Source of the DNA: Nageia nagi
Taxonomy: Eukaryota > Plantae > Pinophyta
DNA length: 64,000 nucleotides
Assembly (NCBI GenBank): GCA_050084985.1
Contig: JBITNC010000001.1
Location: 115,444,001-115,508,000, forward strand
Direction of reading: 5' to 3'
Part shown: one piece after another, positions 1-14,460 of the stretch
Layout: the number at the start of each line of letters is the position of its first letter
Numbering within the stretch: position 1 is the first letter of the stretch
Translations under genes and position numbers: made by a program
Notes under the pieces: model-generated
What the model saw: the letters and a program-made list of their open reading frames with translations, nothing else
Told to the model about the DNA's origin: nothing
The model's database searches: none

Positions 1-1983
1 TTCTATAGTATTATTTTTACTACTTAAAAATTGAGGTAATATTTATTATATTACACTACATTTGTTGTTAGTCTTGTTAACCTAATGAAATATATTATGG
101 CTAAGTAACATCTATCAGGTAGACTTGCAAAGTGGCAAATGATGTTACAGGAATTTGATATAAATATTGTAAAATAAAAATCTATCAAAGGCCAAGCAAT
201 TATAGATTTAATAGCATATTTACCTCAAGAATGGGAGGTAGTTGTCTATGAAGAATTTGTAGATGAATATCAAGGTGACTCACATTGCCAATAGCATGCA
301 GACTTGCTAGAGATACACTAGCAATGTGACTTTGATGAGATCTTAATCCTTGATGAGTACATATGTCTCATGAAAGTTGATCCAACAATTTGCACCTTGT
401 ATTTTGATGGTTCAAAATGTTCTTACATAGTAGGAGAAGGTATTATTTTGGTATCTCCTACACATCAAGTGATCCCTATGGCATACAAACTTGCTTAGAT
501 TGTACAAATAATATGGTTAAATATGAGGCACTGATATTAGGATTAAAAGCTATTATAATTTTAAAAATTAAGAATATAGAGATATATGGGGATTTCCAAC
601 TTGTTGTGAATCAAGTACAAGATTTATTTGACACTAAGGATGAAAATATAAAAACTTATAGACATGCATTAACTGATTTATTGAATCATATATGTAATGG
701 TAAGTGTAGCTACACTAAAACTAATTGAAATCAAAGATGAAGATACCATTCTTACAATTCATAAGTTAAGTTATCCTTATTATATAGATCATATGGATGA
801 GATTCAGATGTGTCTTATTATAGAAGAGAATGATTTTCAAAATTGGTATGTTGATACCTACAACTATTTGAAAAATAATATAGTGCCTGATAATTTTGAT
901 AGAAATGAAAAATGAGATTGAAAATAATTACAATAAGATATGTGATCATTGGAGAAGTATTATATAGGAGATCATTTGATGGTGCATTCTTGAGATGTTT
1001 AACACAAGATGAGATATCTACTACCTTAGAAGAAGCTCATGATGGTTTATGTGGTGGTCACTTCCATGCAAAAGTAATACAAAGCAAAATTTTGAGGATT
1101 GGATTCTATTGGCCTACTATGGAAGAGGATTGTAAGGCTCATGTTAAAACTTGTTTGTAATGCCAAAAAAATGCAAATTTAGAGAAGAAACCTAACCAAG
1201 AATTACATTCTATTATTTCTCCATGGCCATTCACTACTTGGGGAATAGATTTGATTGGTATGATTAATCCTCAATCTAGAGAAGGACACAAATTTATCAT
1301 CATAGCTATAGAATTCACCACTAAGTGGGTGGAAGTTATCCTAATGAAATCAATCATTGAAACTAAAATCATTACATTCCTCACTGAAAACATCATCATA
1401 ATATTTGGTGTACCATAATGTTTGATAATGGAAAATAGCCCTAATTTCAAAGTTATAGACATGAAGGCATGTTGTAAGAAGTTTCATATTACACAAACCT
1501 TTTCTTCCATCTATTACCCTCTAGTTAATGGTCAAGCTAAAGCCACAAATAAGAAAATTAAGAGCATACTTGCCAAAACCTAGGATAAATACAAGAAAGA
1601 TTGACATCAGCAATTACCATACATTGTTTGGGCTTATATAACTAGTATCTATATAGCCACTAGGACAACATCATTTTCATTGGCATATGGAGATGAAGCC
1701 ATTATTGCACTTGAGTTGGAGATCCACTCCCTTAGAATTTCCTTACAAGGTGACATATTCAATGAAGATGCAAGAAAAGTAAGGTTGCAATAGTTGGAAT
1801 AATTAGATGAGAAGAGAATCACAGCCATTGAACATCAAAAGGTATACCATGCAATACTCAAAAGAGCATTTGGAAAGAAAATCAAAGCAAAGAAATTCAA
1901 GGTAGGAGATCTAGTGTTGAAAGAAAACATTAACATTAACAAGACATTCAATGCTATCCATATTAAATGTTTCTATGCTTAGA
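1..1983 (+). mobile_element. Decayed Ty3/Gypsy pol, Tat/Ogre-type: end of native RNase H, additional RNase H (aRH), integrase
   Basis: GRLAKWQMMLQEFD...SIKGQAI (~115-210); second RNase H with LYFDGS (398-415), CTNNMVKYEALILGL and IYGDFQLVVNQV; HHCC finger EAHDGLCGGH...GFYWPTMEEDCKAHVKTC (912-1160); integrase core WPFTTWGIDLIG (~1224). Many stops and frameshifts. Confidence 0.9.
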
Positions 1984-2421
1984 AATGATACCTTCATGCC
2001 CTAAAAAATATAGAATCCATGAGTAGGGGCATGCAATTTTTTTTTTTTTGTAAAATCTAAAACTTTTCTTCTCTTATGGACTTTACATTCTACGCTATAT
2101 TTATCAAAGCTTTGAACAACATTGTTCTCTTACATGTGTTGCCAATCCATGAATATTACTCAATGATGATGTGGCAGATTTAGGTTGTAGCATACTTCAT
2201 GCATGTGACAAGTCTGCACCCCTTACCCCCTTTGAATAGCATCAGCAGGGGGAAATCTAATATTCAATGATAAGTATAATGAATAAGTAGATATTGATCG
2301 ATAAAAGGCAAGATAATTTTATATTTGCAAGATTCAAGGAATTAAATGCCACTAGTAGTGTATATGACTGTTAGCTTGATACCAACAATATGAAAAAGAA
2401 GGAGAGAAAAAAGAGATAGTC

Positions 2422-2960
2422 TAATGTCTTCAAATCATAGACATAAAATGTATGATTGCCAATGGCCAATGAAATGGCTAGTGAGAGTTCATTCACTTAA
2501 AAGTAAACCAATAAGCAAGATGTTGACATTGGATCATCTCTAATGGATGATAAAATTTGTTATGTATCCACATGATTTTTCCTTTGAACCAATCTAAATC
2601 ATAATATCTTTAGATTATAGACATAAAATGTATGATCATCGATGGCCAATGACAAGGTTAGTGAGAGTTCACTCACTTAAAAGTAAACTAGTAATGCAAC
2701 TATAAGCAAGATGTTGATATTGGATCATCTTGAACAAATGATACAAACTTTTATCTAACCACATGGTTTTTACTTTGAACCAATCCAAAGCATAATGTCC
2801 TCAGATCATAGACATAAAATGTATGATTATCCATGGCCAATGATATAGCTAGTGAGTGTTTGCTCACCTAAAAGATAAATTAGTGATGCATCCATAAGTA
2901 GACTATGGACATTGATTCATCATCAATGCATAATGTAACTAATTGTGCATCCACCATATT
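2422..2960 (+). repeat. ~3 degenerate tandem units of 180-191 bp in the 3' non-coding region of the Tat element
   Basis: The motif ACATAAAATGTATGAT...ATGGCCAATGA...TAGTGAG recurs at 2441, 2621 and 2812. Confidence 0.85.
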
Positions 2961-3514
2961 TTTATGACTGATACTTCATTGTAGGTTTCTACATCCCAAA
3001 GAGCAAAAAAAATACATAGATTTCCACATTGTTAGCAGTGTGTATACAGTTTCCTAAGTCGTTAAGGATGTCCCTTCCATCACCATTTTATTTCAGTCAA
3101 AATAGATCCTCTCTATTTCAAAGCATGGATGTAAGTGAGAATGGTTCTTGGGTATCAAAAATAACGAAATAACTAGATTCATGATTGAAGTAGTATAGGT
3201 GGAAAATACACATCTTCCATCTTCAACATTGGATATGGGACCATCCAACTACATCATTATAGTCATTTCCATCACCTTCACAGCATCATTCCTAGAGACA
3301 AATTCTTCATCACATTTTTCATTGGTTTCACCACTCAAGGACCTTTCCTAGGGCATCCAAGTCAAAAGGGGGTTAGCAAGGGACCCTCATCATCAACAAC
3401 AACAACAAAGGATAGCATAGCAAAGAGTTGAAATTTCTCAAAAACATTTGTTCTACACTTTGTTTTTAGACATGTAATTTCATTGCTTCAATCACACCTC
3501 TAGAGAGGGGTAAA

Positions 3515-4065
3515 TGTAGATGACTAAAAATGAATTATTATTTATTAAATAATTTCTTTTAAAGCCTCAATGATGTATTATGTAAAAGGGGGTTAAATAA
3601 TACTCAAAGTTATGTAATTTATATAGTGGACCCTTGTGACATGTACAAGGGGTCAAAAGATCTAAGTCATGTAAATATGTTGTCATATATAAAGGCATCA
3701 AAAATAACTTAAAAGGATCATCTCCAGAGGAGGAGGTTATAGGAAAATGAATATGAGGAGGTTCCTAGAGAGATTCTAGCACATGATACACCACTCTATT
3801 ATGTATAAATATTATTCATAAGTTATATCTTATGTTTGCTATCTGGTGATTCTTTTGTTCGCTAATCACTAAATTCTTTATTGCATCTGTTATTTTGCTT
3901 ATTTTAAGCCACCAATGGTGTACGTAATATAGGATGCCAATGGTGTGCAATTGAATAAATGTATGCCTATCTTTCATGTATGTTTGTCATAATAGAATAA
4001 ATATGCAATCTAATTAAGAATAAGTTTATGTATTATACTCGTTATCACATTATTTTGGGTCTACA
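3515..4065 (+). mobile_element. 3' LTR (~551 bp) of the Tat-type element, preceded by a polypurine tract
   Basis: PPT AGAGAGGGGTAAA at 3502-3514 is followed by TGTAGA; the segment ends in the inverted TCTACA at 4060-4065. Confidence 0.75.
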
Positions 4066-6674
4066 TTGGGTTTGAACCATAGTTTGCTATCACAAATTAC
4101 AATCTATTTTACTCGAGTAATGTTCTAATTACTCAAGAATAATTTAACTCTTTTATCAAATGCTCTTCAAATTTAAGAAATGTTTCTTGCCTAAGTTTTC
4201 AGTTTTGATTTATTTTTTTATTTTTCTTAATTGTGACGTATTCTATTTTAGAAATTTTTTTTTTAATGTCTCCTCCACCCACCTAGATGTTGTAGATCGA
4301 AAGTACGACGATATATAAAGAGTAACAAAATCACATGTTGGAACAACAATGTAAAGATTCAAACCTGAGGCCTCTTATAAAAGAAGCAAAGTTTGTACTG
4401 TTATATTATTCCCTTGAAAACAAGTTTTCAACTTATTTTCTACCCCTATTCTTTAACATTTTACTATATATATAGAAACTAAAATTTTATTACATAAAAT
4501 TTGAACTTTCCAAAATTTTAATTGTAATTCAATTTTACTTTAGTTAAAACAAGAAAGAAAATAAAATGCACTTTAATCTTAAATATAATGCGCTTTATAT
4601 TTAAAAGACTTGTGAATGCTTATCTCATCTATTTTCTAAACTCAAGTACTTTAATTAATGAATTAACATTGTTTTATTTAAAAAAAAAATCTTTAATAGC
4701 TAAGTTGATATAAAGTTTAACCAAAACAAATATTATTATTTAAAAGTTAATTAATCAATTAAACCTTCAAACATAATCATAAATTGAAACATTTATTTTA
4801 TGTTTCTATAGAATTTTAAGTATGTTTCAACTTTTAAAAGTACTGAGTTTTTGAACCTAAACATTCTTTATCTGAAAACTTTAAACTATCTACCTTTCCA
4901 ACTCCTTTATTAGTCAACTCATACTATTTGAATTTTCAAAAATATGTTTATCCTACTGCAAACCAAGCTAGCTTACGGCTGCAATTGTGAAGAAAGGCTA
5001 TACGCTCCTCAAGCGAGGAGACGATGTAAACATATAGGAAAGATATTTAAGGGTCAAAGGAAATTCGTCAAACCACATATAGGAGCCTAAAGTCTTCATT
5101 CAACTTAGTTTACTAATACTTGTCTACAGCGAACAGCCTAAGGAAAGATATTTGCAAATTGATAGCATTTTATAGTGACAGCAAACTACAGAGGTTTCTA
5201 CCATACTGACGCCTTCTTAAATAGGATTGGAACATACAAGCAGGGTGACTGTGTCTAGATGACGCCTTATTATTATTATTCAACTTGATGGCATCTACAG
5301 AATTCTAGTTGTCCATCAAGGAGCATAGAACGACACAGTATACCCTGGATAGCTCTCAGTTTTTCAAGGTTGTTTTGTAAACACTCTCAAGTTATGTTAA
5401 GAAGGGAAAAACAATCAACTAAGAAGCAGAGATAACAAAATCTTAACAAGTAATACATAGCTGTATAGGATGTCAGATAAGAAAAGCATTCTCGACACTT
5501 GCTATGTCACGGAACCTACCTTGGAATGACCACCTCGAAAGGAGCTTTGTCGAGAAGATAGCCTCATCTTATTACAATTCGTTCCATACAAAATTAAATT
5601 TCCTCCGAGAAAACTAAACTTCAAAAGAATAAAACAACTTCTAAAAGTTTTGTTTCTAATTTTAGCAACCAATATTTCTTATCGAAGAGAAGACTAGTTA
5701 TTAAGACTTAAAAGCAATTACTTCTCACAGTATAAAAGGTTCTTTGCATAAAATAATATGGCTTCTTTTCCACACAAAGCTTGGAATCTTCTACTGAAGG
5801 GTCATTTAAAAAGAAGATTATTACTTCAATTAAAATTGCAGCTATATATATTTATATATAAGTACATATTTATATTTTTGAAATGCAATTTAATTCTAAA
5901 CTCTTAGACCTACTGTACGCATAGATGAAATAAGTTCACTACTTCCGGAGATCATATAAACCATGCAACAATATCATCATAAATTATTCATCCTTCTTTA
6001 TCAGGGAGCCTAGATTGCTTTTCTTGACTCTCAATTTTGCATAGAGCAACGATTGAAAAAGAAAAAAAGTACAAGCATGGATTTTAAAGCATATAATATT
6101 TTACAAACATCCAATGAAATATCTTTTGAAATTTGTCTTCCTGTTAATTTCAAAGATAAAAACATATATAACATGTTTAAAGGAATTATTTATGAGAACA
6201 AGATATTATTTAAAGGAATTATCCACAAAAAATTATTTTAGTTCCAACTAACTAATAAATTTTTCATAAATGAAATTAAGTAAATAGACCATTAATTTTA
6301 TTTTCACTAATGTAGGTTTTAAAATAAATTTATTTTCAAATACAAAATTAATATTTTTATTTAATTTACTAACAACAAAAGTCTAAGAGTGCCATGATAG
6401 AATAACTTGGAATAATGTTTAAAATACCCTACAACAATAGAACATGATAAGGGAACTTGAACTATGCTTAAGAATTAAGAATATCAATATAGAGTGTTAG
6501 GTTATGAAGAAATATTTTTTGAACATAATCAGCTTTGAAAAATTATATCTTATGTTTCTATTGCACTTATTTATTTTTTTTCTCTTTAAGTGGTTTTAAG
6601 ATTCATTTTTTTCTTAAAATAGTTATCAACTTTAGATTTATATCAATCAATAGTGTGAATTTGGTTATTGTAAG

Positions 6675-9600
6675 TTTTTTTTTTGGATGAAAAAATACAT
6701 ATATTACTTATTCACACAAAAAATAGGCAGGGGTGGGAGGGATTAACATTCCCCACAATATCACAAAAATTATCAAGTTACACTAACTGCATTGCATCAT
6801 CGGTTATATACAAGTATCAAAGTACCATAATACCAAAAATAACTACATTACCATCAAATATATACCCTAAAAATCTACTATTTTTCTTATAAAACTTCTT
6901 CACAAATGCATCATAGTGCCACCCTTGATAGATGCTCAGGGCATCCCAACCATTATTAGTGGTCTGGCTACCTTAAGCATTCATTACATTGTCAGCTACA
7001 TTACTTGCTTCCTGAGAAGGTATTACTTTATCATCCTAGCTAATAACCTTTTTAGAAGATTGTGAAGGAGGTGGTTGAGACTAGTATCTTCCTAGGGGAG
7101 GGAATAGATCTTGTGCATGTGTCTGACCTATGCATGATCTAGGACAAGCTCTTCCCTATGCCAATGGTGGAGAAGTCTGCCTTATATCCATTTTGAGAGG
7201 GAGCATGCAAATTGCAAATGGATCATTTCCCTATTAGTGTATGAGATCCCATAAGTGTTAAATCCCAATAGTAATCTTCTCCACTTGATTGTAAATCTAT
7301 AACCAATAGTAATATAATATCTCATATTTATGAAAGAAAGAAAAGGAGAGTGAAGAAATACTATCTGAAAATATGATTTTCCATTTTGTATTCCATAACT
7401 AAAATAGTAAACCAACTAAGAAAATATGCTAAATGACTAAGAGATTTTTAGCAAACTCAACATAGACACTTAACAAAATATGAACCCAAGAATAAGGGCT
7501 TTTCATGTAGGGTATGAAAAAGAAAGAATCCAATCCCAAGCCTCTCATGCTCTAGGGTAGTCCTAGAATGCACGTTTATAGTCTTCTTCTTCCAAATAAA
7601 TTTTACAACATGTATTAGTAACACCCATATATTTTAGTCCTAAGCTAATGTGGAGGCTAATATGTAGCACTCTACATCCAAGAAAGCTCTTCTTGGGATC
7701 TAAGAACTAAGATGCTATTTTATGTTGAGTTTAGCATACATCAAAATCACTAGAGATAACCAAATATAACCCAACTTCAATTTATATTGTAATAGAGGGA
7801 TATTCTTGGGCCAAACCCAATCCTCCACTTAAAATATTTGGTGTTGTTCAAAAACTTTGTTTCATACTGCTAGGGGGATTTTTTCAATCATTGCCTCATA
7901 TGTGGGTCTATCCTTGGTGAGGAGGTTGAATTTCTTTTGAAATTTATCACACAAAATTTGTGGCTTATTAAGGGAAGCCATGAAATTAGTAAAATAGAAA
8001 ATTCCCATTTAAAAAAAATCTTTATGCATGTGAGTCCATTACATATTAACTAATGGGATACCTTGGATATTAAATGCATATCAAATATTTAACTGAGTTA
8101 GAAAAGCAACATAATCTTTTTTTTTCCATGAAAGTTTACTCTTAAGAGACCCTCAAGATTTCCAAATACTCTAGATGACAAAGGAAATCTTAATTTTTTT
8201 TGAAACTAGGAAAGTGATGAGAGTTTGAAGGTTTAAACCTTGCCATACATTTTTTCCAAAGGGAAGCCCAAAGAAGATACTATTCTTAACAAGAATTTTC
8301 TACCTTTCATCTCCCTACAGGGATTTGATAATTCATTTAGCACATAAAGCAAAATCTTATCTTAGACAATCAAACAAACCCATACCATTGAAGGATTTGG
8401 GGAGACAATAGCTTTCCCAAGCTACTCTATGAAGACCCTTCTTACCTTTAGTGTTGGAATAAAGGAAACCTTTAAGATGTTTTTCCAAAGTTTTATAGCA
8501 ATTTTTAGAAGGGACCCAAAAAGAAGAATAATATACATGTTTCAAAGCCAATAACTTGGAACATATCTAGAAACTTATAGCCAAAAAAAGTTTTTAGATT
8601 TTCAATAACTCATTTTTTAACTTTTTGAACCACATAATGTCATAAGCTAGTTGAGGTCCCTTGAAAAGCAAAGGAGATACCCATAACTTTGAACATATCC
8701 CTATGTTTAATCTAATTTAATGATTTTAAATCCAACCATTAAGGGATGTCACTTACCAATTATCTATAACATGAAGTCTTTCTCTATTGTATACTTGAAG
8801 CAAAGGCTAAGCGAAAAGTGTTCAAGAAATTTAGGGTATTAGATATAGAGCATTAATCTTAAATAAGAGTTAAAAGGATTCATCAATAAAGTTACCATTG
8901 ATTAGTTATTTATCTATGTGGGTAAGGAATATGCCTTTCACAAACCTCATATTATCTTTATGAGCTATGATGTACCTAAAGGTTTTAGTTGCAACAATAA
9001 ATAGTGAAGGGGCTAATGGACAACCCTATATAATATATCTTCCTAAGGGAATACTTTGTGATTAAGATTTATTAAGGGATAAAATTGTAGAAGCATCTTT
9101 AAACAATATCCCAATTGTATTCACAAAGAATGACCTAAATCCTAGAGCTCTCTATATTGTAATAATAAAGAACCATTTAATTTTTTCATAAGCCTTTTCA
9201 AAAATTAATTTTGATAAAAAGAGTTAGCTAGTTTGACATTCTAACCCATTCCATTCCTTCCCACACTAATATCACATTATCAAGAACATATCTACCCCTA
9301 ACAAACCCTATTTGCTTAGAATGAATGATAAGAGGAAAAAGAGGCATGATTTTAAGGGCTAGGGATTTGAAGATAATCTTATAACTAATATTTAGTAAAG
9401 TAATGGATCTTTAGTTAGTAATTAATTCTAGATCACCTTCGTTAGGTATGAATTTGATATTTACTTTATTTAAGATTGGACCCAAGTATACAACATATAT
9501 TATTTTCTTTCTATGCATGCCAAAGGTTTGATCCCACAAAGTACTAATGTTATTTATAGAATTCACATAGGAAACCATCCAAACCTAGTGCCTTTTCATT

Positions 9601-12350
9601 TGTAGTTACAAATAGAGCTTAAATCAAATCATCCATGGTAAGTGGAGTATTATTTGTAAATTAGGAAGGGATAATAGCACAACATTACTCAAGGGCCTTT
9701 TGGTAACCTTCAGTGATTTTAGGAAACGTAGTGAGTTTAGAATCATTAATCTTGAAAGTAGGGAACTATGTATGCTTATTAAGAGGCCTAAGTATTTTAA
9801 AAAAAATATTTGGAAACTCTATCACCTATATTAAACAACTACAATTAGGCTCTGATTTGTGCACCTTTTTCTTCATAAATATTTACTTTTTGGAGTTCAA
9901 ATCTAATAGCAAAAACTAGACCTTGTAGTTCAAACTCAAATGGACTACTCTTAGATTTCAAAATAAAATCTAATAGCAAAAACTTGAGCTTATTAGAGAT
10001 TTTCCTTCTCTTGGTAAATTCTTTTCTTAAAGTTTTGAGTAAGACTTTTTTTCTCTTTATGGCATCATTCCACCAATCTATCCATCCAATAGAGACTTTG
10101 GGCCTAGGAAAAGGATTCCATACATGATGGATATGGGAAATAAGAGAAGGTTGATCTAAAAAAGAAGTGTTTAAATTGAACTGAGAAGGAAATTTTAATG
10201 GTCTAACATCATATACAAAGTAATTGGAGCATGATTAGATAGAGTGATCTCTAGAATTTATAATATAAATGAAGCTAAGTTGGACTTTTTTGATGAAGTG
10301 AAAAGTGTTATTTTTCAACATCATATATTGATTCAATCTTGTTAAGAATATGTTATCTCCTTTTGCATATTGCACCAAGTGAACCACTGTTGATCTTAAA
10401 ATTTCTCAATAGTGAAGAAAACATTGGGATCATATAGAATGAGTTTATTTTTTAAAGTAAAATGCTTCTCTTTCAACATTGGTCTACCTCTTCATGGAGA
10501 AATTTTTCTTATGAATAGATTTTGCTACCATGTTAAAATCTCTTTAGAGAATCTAGGTACCAATTAAAACATTCATGGCAATCCATAACCTTATTACACA
10601 TCTATTGAGTGCATGGTTTGAGGCATAAATATAAATAAAACCAAAAGGTCTACCTATTAACTCAAATAAATTTTAAAAAACTTGATTGATAGTGTCCACT
10701 CCCCAAATGACAATGTGAGGCTACCACATTGGGTAAATTATTTTGATAGCTCCCCCCTTTTTGTGTGCATGATTTGTGATATGGATAGTACCTTGAAGTG
10801 AAAGAGAGTTACAAATAAATTTAACTCTAGTGCTAGCTACTTTAGCTTATTAAAGAAATAACATATCCCAACTATCCACATGTCAAAAAATTGAATCTAA
10901 ATCATTGTAGACTCTATATTTTCATATTATGTTCAATAAACCTCTCACATTCTATGAGACATAATTCATTGAATATGGTTAAGGTGAATATCATCCTTTG
11001 CACATATAACATCATCTATATCCCCTAAGTCACCTAGGGATTCAAATATATTAATTAACTATCGGATGGATGCTTCATTATGTTTTCTCTTATGTAGAGT
11101 AAAATCATAAGGATGAGGATTCCAAAAGATTATACTACTTTATCCTTTAGGTAGAGAAATAGAGCTAGATCCTATGACCATGCTCCCTAAATTATGATAA
11201 TTATAAACTATTAAAGCATAACTTGGTGTCTCTATAAAAAAAACCATGTCTTAGTTGGAAGGAGATACTTTAGGTTGAACTAGAAGGGGAGTGAAAGGAC
11301 CTAGGTGAGCTTTTACTGGTACCAACATTCAAGCCTGATCATTTGACTAATAGTTTCATTTGTTATTTATTAGGGTCCATCCATTATGATTATCCTTACT
11401 ACCTTATGTTCCATTTCCTTTATTCTTTCTCTGAGTGGCTTGACTATTTCTTCAAACAATGTTACTTGTAGATTTTGATCATTATTTGGAGGAGCCAAAT
11501 TTTTCTAAAATCTCTTAGTCATAAATGAATATTCCTTAATCTTATATTTTGTGGATTGATAGTAAAAGTAAGTATTTAGGATATGTATATACTAAACCCT
11601 ATAATAAAGCATTTTATCCTCGATATCAATATCAATAAACTTAAGTAAATATTTAGTAAGATTTATGTTAACATAAATTCACCTAGATGGCCTTGCTATG
11701 AAGAATTTAGGTTCCTTAAAGAAAACAAACTTTCCTAAAGGTTCAACTATGTTATGTAGAAAATCCTAGTAAGGCATGGGAATATTTAGAAACTCCACCC
11801 ATATAGGGACCTCAATTGAGTCAATTTTTTCCATTGTACATAAAATTTTGATTATATTCTTACAAAATCATACGTGAGTTCTTAATAGACCAACTACCTT
11901 GGGAAAGTATTTTCTTGGCATGTTCTTCTTTGAAAAAGGTAAATTAAAAACTAACCTTTTGTAAGGTTTTGGATAGAATCATTAATAATACCATGGTAAC
12001 CCCAAACTTGGTTTACCTATGATCTTAGTCAAGTATCATTTTGGATTTGACCTAGGAAATAACCAATAATAGTATGCTTCTCATACCAAACATATATAAA
12101 CTAAAAAATATCCATAGGAATTGAGGCCTTATGAATAGAACTTTTACCTCATGGAACACCTTTGGGATAAATTTTTTGGGTCTCTTCCCTAGTACCATTG
12201 ATCGTACTCCTCACTTTGGTGGCTCTAAAAATCATTGGATTAGTCATTAGAGCATTCATTATAACTAATATTGATCCTCCATGATAGATAAACTACACTA
12301 TTCTTGCAATTAATTATGACATGATGATGGAAATTCTCTGAGCTTGAATC
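6675..12350 (-). mobile_element. Decayed, near full-length L1-clade LINE (ORF1 remnant plus ORF2 endonuclease-RT)
   Basis: Poly(T) tail on + at ~6675; ORF2 start MNYVS*NVRG at ~10969; RT motif GCPLAP at ~9010-9028; post-RT motif LHRVAWESYCLPKSFNGMG (8357-8551). The 5' boundary is approximate. Confidence 0.85.
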
Positions 12351-12450
12351 TGTAACCATGTAAGATAAATCTATTGGCAAAATATAGCAACTATTCTAGC
12401 ATTATTTGAGAATTATATGGAACACACTATAAGCATTTATTTTATATACA

Positions 12451-12649
12451 TTTTTTTTTGTTTGATAAACCATTTTTTGATACATAGCACCATTTATCTT
12501 AGGATTCAAGCCAATGAATAAGGGGCATTAACATTGTCAAAATCCACCAGGGACATGATCATCGCATGTGAGAGGGAGAGATTTGAACTTGGGGCCTACC
12601 TCTTTACACTTGAGAGTTTTAATAACCTACTTTCTTACCAACTCCCCTC
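12451..12649 (-). mobile_element. Candidate tRNA-derived SINE remnant (~200 bp)
   Basis: The minus strand begins GAGGGGAG, has a B-box-like AAGTTCAAATCTC (~12580-12591) and ends in an A-rich tail (T-run at 12451). The A-box is poor. Confidence 0.3.
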
Positions 12650-14310
12650 TGATGGAATTGAAGAATTCCATAAACCAATATCTCCTTGAAGCTTCACTAG
12701 CAATTTAAATATCCATCCATCTAGCAAAGCAACAAATAATCACAAAACAATAACACACCATGTATAGTGATTCCTCCATCTCTTGGGAGTACATCCACTT
12801 TCAACCATCAATTCTATTACTTCTCATAAGATAACTCTCCTATAAATTTACAAGAATTATTCTACAAAAAGTCTTCTACAAAGCTCCTTGAAGAGCATTC
12901 CTACAACTCTACATGATAAGCATTATCATTCTTCATCAAGTACATAATAAGAGGGGTACCTCTTTGTAAGAAGAAATCCACTCTTTAACCTTCATTTTAC
13001 CTAAGGATAAGGTTAAATATGTTTCCATATTTATTTCTATTTTTATATTTATTCTTTTAATGCTTTAAGGTATCTAAATATACTTTATACATTAAGTGAA
13101 TTTACATTAAAGTGAAATATTATATAATACTATATTGCAATTTCTAACACTACCCCTTAATGCAATATTGGGTATATAGTCACAAAGACAAAGAGAAAGA
13201 GTAAGAGAGAGTTCTCCTCTATAGAGATACAAGTGGAGATGAGAACATTTACATCTTTGAGAAAGTAATAAAATATATATGGTTTTAGAATGGTTCAACT
13301 AAACTATTTTAACAAATGATTTTACAATACAATCATTAACCAAAAAATAGTTTCATTGTATAAGAGTAGTCATTCAACAATATGTTGACATGCTGATCTT
13401 CCATGAGCCTACATACTCGAAGTCACCAACAATCTTAAGAAGAAACCTACAAGATATATGAAGCTCATAAATAAGATCAATTAGATACATCATATACACT
13501 CATATAATATAAATATCATCTATAATCTAATCAAAATATACCAAGTCATCACATATGTACAACATTAAAGATGACATACATCATCAACTATATATCACAT
13601 GTGCATACTAAATAAAATGTATCATCCATAACATGATATCATATAATATGCACACAACACTATGAGATGTACAATCAACCAAGTGATATAAATGCATTCT
13701 CAACCAAGGATATAAAAAATATCCTCAATTATTATAAAAATATGATTTTTGATTTTTGTGTTTATTTATTTTAGATCATTATTTTCTATTTATTGAGGGT
13801 ATATGAGGGTTTCATCATATCATAATATTTTCATAAATTAATCTTCTTCCTTGATGACAACTTCACCAAAAAAATAATAATATGACCATGTTATCTTAAC
13901 CATGTCATAAACAATAAAAAATCAACTTAACTAAACCACCAAGTTAAGATTTTTAAGCCATAAATTACACTTTGACCAAATACAAAGCTAATATTTATAA
14001 GGCATAACTACTTGACTATATCACCTAGTCAAGAATTTTAAGCCACATAAAATGCCTACATAACAAGGCAAATCATAAGCTACATACATAAGTTCTTATC
14101 TATTGAAAAATGTGTTGATTTAAAAGTTTAAGTTCTCTATCAATAATATTGTAGTATAGATGAAGAATAAACCATAAAACCATATCAAAATGCAAAAGTC
14201 ACTAATGCCAACTTAACTATGTGCAAGATGCATATGATAAAATTTGGTAGCATTAATCCATCAATATAGATTCAAATTTCATCAAACAACTACAATTTTG
14301 GAGAAGGATA

Positions 14311-14460
14311 GAGCTTTTTAACCACTCCAACAATGTGTAATCACGGAGAAAGGTGAACTTTTTTAACCACTCCATCAATGTAGTCATGGAGAAGTGTAAA
14401 CTTTTTTAAGCATTCTATCAATGTAATAATGAAGAAAAGAGAACTTTTTTACCCACTCCA
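14311..14460. repeat. ~4 degenerate tandem units of about 40 bp
   Basis: Recurring GAACTTTTTTAACCACTCCATCAATGTA..CATGGAGAA-like unit. Confidence 0.75.
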
